Source: an uncultured Bacteroidota bacterium (lineage in GTDB: Bacteria > Bacteroidota > Bacteroidia > Bacteroidales > JAAUTT01). From it: DNA of 64,000 nucleotides. Where the stretch lies: NCBI GenBank assembly GCA_963846585.1, contig CAWJWO010000013.1, positions 107,801 through 171,800 on the forward strand, in the 5' to 3' direction. Below the pieces are notes generated by a model. That model did not search any database, was not told the DNA's origin, and saw only the letters and a list, made by a program, of their open reading frames with translations. The position numbers and the translations under genes are program-made. This document shows positions 1 through 8,110 of the stretch, in pieces; the stretch's first letter is position 1; every line of letters starts with the position of its first letter.

Positions 1-2
1 AG

Positions 3-2240
3 GAACGAATGGGCCTGATAATAAAAGATAATGATTTAGATCTGGTAAGTAAGATCGCGGAACGTGAAAGATCTCCCATGTATATTATTGGTGAAATAAC
101 CGGCGATAACCAGTTTACATTCCTTGACAGAACTAATAATACTAAACCTATCGATCTTAAAATTGAAGATTTACTTGGGAATCCGCCAAAAGTGAATATT
201 AACGATAATTCTTCAGTTCCGGTTTTTGGAGAAATTACCTGTTTTGAAGAAAGGTTGGCCGAATATATTGAACAGGTTCTTCAACTGGAAGGGGTTGCAT
301 GTAAAGATTGGCTGACAAATAAAGTCGATCGGTCAGTTACAGGACATGTTGCATTGCAGCAAACTACAGGTGAAATTCAACTGCCGCTGAACAATCTTGG
401 TATTGTAACATTAGACTATACAGGGTACAGGGGAGTAGCAAATGCTATAGGACATGCTCCGGCAGCTGCTATTATAAATCCGGCAGCCGGTTCAATACTT
501 GCTATTGCGGAAGCTCTTACAAACATTATTTGGGCTCCCTTACAGGGTCATATTAAAGGGGTTTCTTTAAGTGCCAATTGGATGTGGCCCTGTAAAAATC
601 CTGGTGAGGATTCACGGCTTTACACTGCCGTAAAAGCAGCAAGTGATTTCGCAGTTGAATTAGAAATAAATATTCCCACCGGTAAGGATTCTCTTTCCAT
701 GACTCAGCAATATCCGGATGGAAAGGTAGTTATAGCTCCCGGAACTGTTATCATATCTTCTGCAGCAGAAGTAACTGACATTCGCAAATCAGTAACTCCG
801 GCAATTAAGCAGGAAATGAATTCGGAAATTCTATATATAGATCTTTCACAATCTCCTTATAGTTTGGGGGGTAGCAGTTTTTCCCAGATAATCAATTTAT
901 TGGGAAATTCTACCCCAACAGTTAATGATCCTCAATATTTTAAAAGAGCGTTTAACGCTGTTCAATTACTTATAGAAGAAGATAAAATTATAGCGGGACA
1001 TGATATTTCTGCAGGTGGTATGATAACTGCTTTATTGGAAATGACTTTTACTTCAAATACTCTTGGGTTAAATATTGATTTATCGGAAATAACAGAAAAT
1101 GATATTATAAAAGTACTATTTAGCGAAAATCCGGGTTTAATTTTGCAGGTAAATGATCCCGTTGGCGTAACTAACTTTCTTGATAAATATAAAATTAAAA
1201 GTATCGCTATAGGTAAAGTTACTGATAAACGCCTGCTTAAGTTAAGGAAAGGCAGTAATGATTGGACGTTCCAATTGGATAAACTGAGGGATATTTGGTT
1301 CAAAACATCCTGGTTATTTGATAGTTTACAATGCAGCAACAACTTAGCATCAGAGCGGTTCAATAATTATAAAAATCAACCTCTTTATTACAGTTTTAAG
1401 GAACATTTTACCGGTACTTATGATTCTTTAGCGTTAAATCCAAATCGCCGGTCCCCGTCAGGTATAAAAGCGGCAATAATAAGAGAAAAAGGTGTTAACG
1501 GCGACAGAGAAATGGCATATGCCATGTACCTGGCCGGAATGGATGTGAAAGATGTACATATGACTGATCTTATTGCAGGACGTGAAACACTTGAAGAAAT
1601 TCAAATGATCGTTTTTGTCGGCGGATTCTCTAATTCAGATGTGTTGGGTTCAGCAAAAGGCTGGGCAGGGGCATTTCTTTTTAATGAAAAAGCTAAATAT
1701 ACACTTGATAATTTTTATAAACGGAACGATACACTAAGCCTTGGTGTTTGTAATGGTTGCCAGTTAATGATTGAGCTTGGGCTGGTAACGCCTGAACATA
1801 AACAAAAGCCTGTGATGTCAGTAAATGATTCACATAAGTTAGAATCGGCTTTTATAAATGTTAATATACCCGAAAATAATTCAGTTATGTTAAGTTCACT
1901 ATCCGGAAGCAGGCTTGGGATTTGGGTAGCTAATGGTGAAGGAAAATTCAATTTTCCATATAATGAAAATAAATACCATGTAGCAATGAAATACAGCTAT
2001 GAACAATATCCGGGAAATCCTAACGGATCTGATTATTCAATTGCGGGCATTTGTTCAGAGGATGGGCGGCACCTTGCTATAATGCCACATTTGGAACGAT
2101 CTGTTTTTCCATGGAATTGGGCATATTATCCGCAAAATATGAAATTTCAACAGGTAACACCATGGATAGAACCGTTCGTTAATGCTATGAAGTGGATGAA
2201 AAATAGAACCAAGAACCAAGAACCAGGAACCAAGACATGA
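3..2240 (+). CDS. purL: Phosphoribosylformylglycinamidine synthase (large fused PurL), 5'-truncated by window edge
   Basis: KDWLTNKVDRSVTG, LSANWMW, GKDSLSM, HDISAGG motifs; C-terminal glutaminase domain with GGFSNSDVLG, GVCNGCQ and MPHLER. Last residues (RTKNQEPGTKT) are encoded by a heptamer array. Confidence 0.97.
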   Translation, partial: ERMGLIIKDNDLDLVSKIAERERSPMYIIGEITGDNQFTFLDRTNNTKPIDLKIEDLLGNPPKVNINDNSSVPVFGEITCFEERLAEYIEQVLQLEGVACKDWLTNKVDRSVTGHVALQQTTGEIQLPLNNLGIVTLDYTGYRGVANAIGHAPAAAIINPAAGSILAIAEALTNIIWAPLQGHIKGVSLSANWMWPCKNPGEDSRLYTAVKAASDFAVELEINIPTGKDSLSMTQQYPDGKVVIAPGTVIISSAAEVTDIRKSVTPAIKQEMNSEILYIDLSQSPYSLGGSSFSQIINLLGNSTPTVNDPQYFKRAFNAVQLLIEEDKIIAGHDISAGGMITALLEMTFTSNTLGLNIDLSEITENDIIKVLFSENPGLILQVNDPVGVTNFLDKYKIKSIAIGKVTDKRLLKLRKGSNDWTFQLDKLRDIWFKTSWLFDSLQCSNNLASERFNNYKNQPLYYSFKEHFTGTYDSLALNPNRRSPSGIKAAIIREKGVNGDREMAYAMYLAGMDVKDVHMTDLIAGRETLEEIQMIVFVGGFSNSDVLGSAKGWAGAFLFNEKAKYTLDNFYKRNDTLSLGVCNGCQLMIELGLVTPEHKQKPVMSVNDSHKLESAFINVNIPENNSVMLSSLSGSRLGIWVANGEGKFNFPYNENKYHVAMKYSYEQYPGNPNGSDYSIAGICSEDGRHLAIMPHLERSVFPWNWAYYPQNMKFQQVTPWIEPFVNAMKWMKNRTKNQEPGTKT

Positions 2241-2578
2241 AACAGAAGACAGAAGACTTAAGGCAGAGGACAGAAGGCAGAGGACAGAAGGCAGAGGTCA
2301 GAAGACAGAGGTCAGAAGACAGAAAAAGATGAAAGATTAAAGATGAAAGAAGGCAGATAAAAGAGGACGTGAAAGGACGTGAAAGGACGTGAAAGGACGT
2401 GAAGACTTGGAACATAAAAATTTGAAAATGTGCAAATTTGAAAATGAAGATAATGTGTGCAATTTGCAACCTGCAACCTGTAACCTGCAACCTGCAACAA
2501 GTAACATGCGACCAGTAACAAGTAACCTGCAACCTGCAACAAGTTACTTACGACTTACGACTTACGACTTACGACTTA
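2206..2578. repeat. Composite short-tandem-repeat spacer (AACCARG, AGARGNC, AAAGGACGTG, TTTGAAAA-like, AACCTGC, ACTTACG blocks)
   Basis: Read directly: AACCA(A/G)G x4 at 2207-2234, AGAAGAC-like units 2244-2325, 10-mer AAAGGACGTG about x4 at 2362-2402, AACCTGC-like units 2468-2545, ACTTACG x4 at 2546-2573. Confidence 0.95.
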
Positions 2579-5154
2579 GAACTTTTTCTTTTCTTCTGAT
2601 TACTTTTTCTATAGCTATTTTATCCTGCAAACATCCTGATATTGGAAAGATAATTGATATCCCGATGGATAATTCATGGTATTTTCACAAAACATCAGAT
2701 ACTAATTGGTTATCGGCTGTGGTTCCAGGAAATGTCATATCAGATTTAATACAAAATAAAGTCATTAATGATCCATATTTCAGAATGAATGAAAAAGAGG
2801 TGCAATGGATAGAAAATGAGGATTGGGAATATCTCAAAACATTTGATATTTCTGAGGAAGCAATAAACCAGGATGTAACAGAATTATTATTTGAGGGCCT
2901 TGATACTTATGCAGATGTTTTTTTGAACGATTCGCTTATTTTAAGAGCCGATAATATGTTCCGGATATGGAAAGTTGATTGTAAAAAAATTTTGAAACCT
3001 AAATCGAACAGGTTAAAGATTTATTTTCATTCTCCCGTAAAAGAAGGAATGTCCAAAAGGGAAAAATTGTTATATAAGCCCGTTATTGAAGACGAACAAG
3101 CACCGGAGGAAGAACAAACATCTGTTTTTACACGAAAAGCATCTTATCAGTATGGATGGGATGGCGGGCCAAGGTTAATTACTTCAGGAATATGGCGGCA
3201 TATTCACTTATTGGCCTGGTCAGGGGCCAAAATTGAGAATATTTATTTCAAGCCAATACAAGTATCGTCTAAACTGGCAATTTATAATACAGAGGTAAAT
3301 ATCAGTTCAGTAAATGAACAGCATATGCGACTGGAGTTGATTGTTAATAACAGAAACGCTATAGCGGCTACAGATATAACCCTAAAAAAGGGAATGAATT
3401 CCAAATCATTGTCTTTTACTATAAACGATCCAAAATTGTGGTGGCCTAATGGTCTGGGAAAACCAACCTTATACGATTTAACAGTTAAGTTGACAAAGGA
3501 CCTCGAATTGATTGATATTAAAGAAGAAAAGCTTGGAATCCGTAAAGTTGAATTAATAACACAACCTGATTCGTCCGGTACAAGTTTTTATTTCAAGGTT
3601 AATGATTTTCCCGTATTTATGAAAGGTGCATGTTATGTGCCTGAAGACATATTAATAAACAAACGGTCTGCTGAAAAAATCATAAATCTTGTATCTTCTG
3701 CCCAGGCTGCCAATATGAATATGATAAGGGTTTGGGGAGGTGGAATTTATGAAGATCAGAAGTTTTATAATATTTGTGATGAGAAGGGTATACTGGTATG
3801 GCAGGATTTTATGTTTGCATCATCTTTACAGCCTGACGATAGCGCCCATAATGAAAATATCCGCCAGGAAGCCATAGACAATGTTACAAGGTTACGCAAT
3901 CATCCCTGCCTGGCATTATGGTGTGGCAATAGTGAAATACAGGAGAACTGGACCGAATTGGACTGGAAAAATAATTACCCCGGAAAGGTTTCTGATAACC
4001 TCCGGAATAATTACGACTCGGTTTTTAACAATATGTTACCGGGAATTATAAGGAGTTTAGATTCCAAAACGCCATACATATCAACTTCCCCGTCGGGGAC
4101 ATACGATAAAAATACAAAGACCTTTTCAGGAGATCAGCATGATTGGAGTGTATGGTACAACGGAGCATCCATTGAAGATTATGATTCATACATAGGCCGT
4201 TTTGTAAGTGAATTTGGAATGCAATCGTTTCCATCATTGGCTTCATTGGCACAATTTACAATTCCTTCTGATTTAGGTTTACATTCAGAGGTTATTAAAT
4301 TAAGACAATATAATACCTTGACATTGGATTCTAATGAAATAAGTGGTAATGATTTGATATATAAATATGTCACTCAATACTACAAAGAAACAGGCAATTT
4401 TGAAACCATGTGCTATTTAAGTCAGGTAATGCAATCAGAGGCACTCAGAAATGCTATAGAAAGCCACCGGCGGGCTAAACCACATTGCATGGGTTCCTTG
4501 TACTGGCAATTGAACGATTGCTGGCCTGCTATATCATGGTCAACTATTGATTATTATGGCAACTGGAAATTAAGCCATTATACAGTGTGTGATGCGTTTG
4601 CACCAATTATAGCAGTAACGGTACAAGACGGTAAAAATATTAATATTTACGGAATCAGCGATATACTTAAACCTACCGATGCGATTTTACTGGCAAAACT
4701 CATTAATTTTAACGGAAAAATATTGTTTGTGAAACAAATTCCGGTTAAAATTGAAGCTAACAGTTCAAAAATTTTACTCTCAATCCCTGAAGAAGAAATG
4801 TTGAAAAACCTTGATAAAAGAACATGTTGCCTTGTAGTGCAGTTTAATCAACCCAATAGTACCCTTGCTCAAAATATACTATATTTTACAAAGCCCGGCG
4901 AATTAACCCTGCAAAAAGCAACCATTGATATTAGCCTGAATGAAGCGGTAAGCGGATATAACCTTGTACTGAAATCTGCAGTACTGGTAAAAAATGTAGG
5001 GCTGGAAACCCGTCTGAAAAAATGCTGGTTTGCTGATAATAATTTTGATTTGCTGCCGGGTAAACGAACCAAGATAAATGTACATTATCAAGGTACCAGG
5101 GAAGAGTTTTTAAAAGATCTTAATATAGAATCATTGAATAATGCTTTATATTAA
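2506..5154 (+). CDS. GH2 beta-mannosidase, probable lipoprotein
   Basis: FEGLDTYA, RKASYQYGWDGGP, NMIRVWGGGIYE, VWQDFMFA, LWCGNSE, SEFGMQS, GSLYWQLNDCWP motifs. Lipobox-like AILSC after a hydrophobic stretch. Start chosen at in-frame ATG 2506 (ORF track begins at 2389). Confidence 0.9.
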   Translation: MRPVTSNLQPATSYLRLTTYDLRLRTFSFLLITFSIAILSCKHPDIGKIIDIPMDNSWYFHKTSDTNWLSAVVPGNVISDLIQNKVINDPYFRMNEKEVQWIENEDWEYLKTFDISEEAINQDVTELLFEGLDTYADVFLNDSLILRADNMFRIWKVDCKKILKPKSNRLKIYFHSPVKEGMSKREKLLYKPVIEDEQAPEEEQTSVFTRKASYQYGWDGGPRLITSGIWRHIHLLAWSGAKIENIYFKPIQVSSKLAIYNTEVNISSVNEQHMRLELIVNNRNAIAATDITLKKGMNSKSLSFTINDPKLWWPNGLGKPTLYDLTVKLTKDLELIDIKEEKLGIRKVELITQPDSSGTSFYFKVNDFPVFMKGACYVPEDILINKRSAEKIINLVSSAQAANMNMIRVWGGGIYEDQKFYNICDEKGILVWQDFMFASSLQPDDSAHNENIRQEAIDNVTRLRNHPCLALWCGNSEIQENWTELDWKNNYPGKVSDNLRNNYDSVFNNMLPGIIRSLDSKTPYISTSPSGTYDKNTKTFSGDQHDWSVWYNGASIEDYDSYIGRFVSEFGMQSFPSLASLAQFTIPSDLGLHSEVIKLRQYNTLTLDSNEISGNDLIYKYVTQYYKETGNFETMCYLSQVMQSEALRNAIESHRRAKPHCMGSLYWQLNDCWPAISWSTIDYYGNWKLSHYTVCDAFAPIIAVTVQDGKNINIYGISDILKPTDAILLAKLINFNGKILFVKQIPVKIEANSSKILLSIPEEEMLKNLDKRTCCLVVQFNQPNSTLAQNILYFTKPGELTLQKATIDISLNEAVSGYNLVLKSAVLVKNVGLETRLKKCWFADNNFDLLPGKRTKINVHYQGTREEFLKDLNIESLNNALY

Positions 5155-5294
5155 GTTGGAAAGTAGGAGGGTAGGGAAGGTAAAAAGCTATATTTAATCG
5201 GATTTTTAGCATATTAGTGATCTAAGTATATTTTTCGAATTATTTATTATGGTAGTTATGATCTGTTATCAAAAAAAATTGTATTTTTATCACT

Positions 5295-5666
5295 ATGAAA
5301 CCAGGGTTGTTATATATTTTATTAGTTAGTTTTATTTTTTTGTTGGCTTTGTCAAAGCCATCAGATCATAAGCCAGTGAATTATCATTTTTCAACTTACC
5401 AATCAATTGCAAAAAATAATAGCGATGCTTTGGTTATTCCCGGAATAAATGTTTCTCCAAAACAGTATTTCATAGAACTTAACTTTTTGCGATTACAGTA
5501 TGAATCGCTTTTTAAGAATGGAACCAATTGCAGAACAGATTTAAACCCCACATTTATCAAATTATATCTTACCAACATTCTCAATAAGACATTAATTAAA
5601 CAATACCCAATACTACATGTGGTGCGTTCCTTTAATGACAAAGATGAACACCATAATCTCTCTTAA
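5295..5666 (+). CDS. Hypothetical protein with N-terminal hydrophobic segment
   Basis: 123-aa ORF with signal-like N-terminus, co-oriented upstream of an ABC permease; no family recognised. Confidence 0.45.
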   Translation: MKPGLLYILLVSFIFLLALSKPSDHKPVNYHFSTYQSIAKNNSDALVIPGINVSPKQYFIELNFLRLQYESLFKNGTNCRTDLNPTFIKLYLTNILNKTLIKQYPILHVVRSFNDKDEHHNLS

Positions 5667-5743
5667 TAAATAAAGGGCTTATTTCAAGCCATTCCATCCA
5701 TTATTTTCATTATTTATTTATTTATTAATTAATAACTAAGGTT

Positions 5744-8053
5744 ATGATGTTTCATTATATAAAAATATTTCTAAAAAGTATACGCAAGAACCGCTTTTTT
5801 TATAGCATTAATCTGATAGGATTCTTAACAGGGTTTCTATTATTAACAATCATATTTTCATATGTATACCAGGAATTTAGTTTTGACAGGTTTCATAAAA
5901 ATTCTTCAGTTATTTATCGTATTCACATAGGTGGGTATGGAGTTACTCCACTTTGTTTTAAAGAGAAGCTAACAAATAAAATTCCTGAAATTACTCATAT
6001 TATCCGTTTTAGCAGGAATGATCTGACTTTAGTTGACAAGGGTTTAGAAATTAAAATTGGTAAAAGTTATTATACCGATCCGGATATATTTCAGGTCTTT
6101 TATTTCCATCTATTATCTGGCGATGCAAACAAAGTTTTAAAAGCTCCTTTTTCAATTGTCATCGACCGATCAACAGCTGGTAAACTATATGGAAAGAAAA
6201 ACCCAATTGGAGAAACAATGCATATTAAAAATGGAGTCACATATACCATTACAGGAGTTATGGAAAACATTCCATATAATTCACATATTCAGGCCAATGC
6301 ATTTACTTCAATTGAAACGCTGAATTTTATAAAAGATGAATCAGAACTGAACTGTGGTGCCTGGGGCAGCTTAACATATATTTCCTTAAATGAGAAATCA
6401 AATTTAAAGGTTACAGAAAATAAATTAAATGTTGTTCTTAAAGATAATAAAATGGGTACTATGCAAAATTTGCCATTTCAATTACAACCGATTAAAGATA
6501 TTTACTTTGATTATGCCAATAATAAATTTGACGGCTCCGTTCATGGAAATAAACAGACAACATTTTTGTACCTGGCAATATCAATATTAATATTATGTAT
6601 TGTAATGATCAATTTTATTAACCTTTCAACCGCAATCTCCGGGAGCAGGATTAAGGAAATTGCCATTCGAAAAATAAACGGAGCTGGAACTATTCAAATA
6701 ATTAAACAAATTCTTTTAGAATCTCTTTGCTTCATATTTATTTCCTTCAATTTAACCCTATTATTAATTGAGTTGTTGCTCCCTAAATTGAGCAATCTTT
6801 TAAATATAACAATTTCGGCTTCCCATGACCGGTTTAAATATTATGTTTATTATTTTGTCGGGTTTGTCATTATTGGATTTTTAACTGCATTAATTCCCGG
6901 AGTTTTTCTTGCCAAAATCAATGAAGCAAAAGCCATAAAAAATGAATCTCTTTTTAAATCCCGTGGAATTCAACGAAAGGTACTTTTAGTTTTACAAGTA
7001 GTAATAGTAGCAATATTACTAAATGCTACATTTCTAATTAATAAACAAATTAATTTTATGCTAACTAAAGACCTGGGATTTCACAGTGAAAATGTTATTA
7101 CAATATATTTAAATGAAAAATTGATAAAGAATAAATCAACCTTAAAAAATAAACTTTTACAAGATCCACAAATTAAAAGTATTTCTTTTTCAGATGAATT
7201 AATTGGCAAATTTTTACCAAAAGGTTCCTATAGTTTTAATGGTATTGAAAAACTATGTAATTTCTGTGTAATCGATCCCAGCTATTTACCATTGATGGAT
7301 ATTAAAATGAAATATGGGAGGAATTTCAACTCAGAATTGCCAACAGATACAAGTCGCACTTTTATAATAAATGAAAAAGCTTGCAGTGAATTTGGCATTG
7401 AAAACCCTGTGAATAAATTCATATACAAAAACGAAATAATTGGGGTAGTTAAGGATTTCAATTTTACATCTTTACATGATAAAATAGAACCGTTAATAAT
7501 TAAATGTTCAACTAATGGAAAGGTTGCTCATGTAAAACTATGCTCAACAAATCCTGAAGGAACCATTGCCTTTATTAAAAACACATGCATAAGCTTATCA
7601 CCTGATTTTATTTGGAACTACTCTTTTTTAGACGACCAAATCAAGCTATTGTACAAATCTGAATTTGGGTTAAAGAGAAGTTTCATCGTATATACCATCA
7701 TCGCTTTTGTAATTGCCTTACTTGGTCTTTTTGGATTGACCCTGTTTATGATAAGAAAAAAAATAAAGGAAGTCAGTCTAAGAAAATTGTACGGAGCAAC
7801 TTTTTTGGACACATGTAAACTTCTTACAAAAGAACAGATATGGATTGTGGTAATTTCAAATTTAATGGCTTTGCCTATTTCTTTGTTATTAATAAACAAA
7901 TGGCTTAATAATTTTCAATACAAAGCAGATATTGGATTTTTAATCTTTTTTAAAACATTTATCATTACTATAATGATTACACTGAGCGCAATATTTTTAT
8001 TAATCAACCAAACACGAAAAACGAAAATGACAGATACATTTCAACATGAGTAA
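5744..8053 (+). CDS. MacB/FtsX-family ABC transporter permease
   Basis: Duplicated periplasmic+FtsX architecture typical of Bacteroidota; INFINLSTA, RIKEIAIRKINGA, GVVKDFNFTSLH, LLGLFGL, WLNNFQYK motifs. Confidence 0.9.
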   Translation: MMFHYIKIFLKSIRKNRFFYSINLIGFLTGFLLLTIIFSYVYQEFSFDRFHKNSSVIYRIHIGGYGVTPLCFKEKLTNKIPEITHIIRFSRNDLTLVDKGLEIKIGKSYYTDPDIFQVFYFHLLSGDANKVLKAPFSIVIDRSTAGKLYGKKNPIGETMHIKNGVTYTITGVMENIPYNSHIQANAFTSIETLNFIKDESELNCGAWGSLTYISLNEKSNLKVTENKLNVVLKDNKMGTMQNLPFQLQPIKDIYFDYANNKFDGSVHGNKQTTFLYLAISILILCIVMINFINLSTAISGSRIKEIAIRKINGAGTIQIIKQILLESLCFIFISFNLTLLLIELLLPKLSNLLNITISASHDRFKYYVYYFVGFVIIGFLTALIPGVFLAKINEAKAIKNESLFKSRGIQRKVLLVLQVVIVAILLNATFLINKQINFMLTKDLGFHSENVITIYLNEKLIKNKSTLKNKLLQDPQIKSISFSDELIGKFLPKGSYSFNGIEKLCNFCVIDPSYLPLMDIKMKYGRNFNSELPTDTSRTFIINEKACSEFGIENPVNKFIYKNEIIGVVKDFNFTSLHDKIEPLIIKCSTNGKVAHVKLCSTNPEGTIAFIKNTCISLSPDFIWNYSFLDDQIKLLYKSEFGLKRSFIVYTIIAFVIALLGLFGLTLFMIRKKIKEVSLRKLYGATFLDTCKLLTKEQIWIVVISNLMALPISLLLINKWLNNFQYKADIGFLIFFKTFIITIMITLSAIFLLINQTRKTKMTDTFQHE

Positions 8054-8079
8054 TAAATAAGTTAATTATCTGACAACTA

Positions 8080-8107
8080 AGCACTATGCACTGTGCACTA
8101 CGCACTA
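8080..8107. repeat. (N)GCACTA heptamer array x4 next to the dnaE stop
   Basis: agcacta tgcactg tgcacta cgcacta. Confidence 0.85.
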
Positions 8108-8110
8108 TTA

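Noticed and set aside
2389-2505. GH2 start at 2389 from the ORF track
   Set aside because: A GTG inside a repeat adding 39 repeat-derived residues, which would put the lipobox about 80 aa from the start; ATG 2506 is more plausible.
2185-2542. Minus-strand ORFs 2185..2532 and 2312..2542
   Set aside because: Low-complexity translations of heptamer arrays (LQVAG/CRLQV periodicity).
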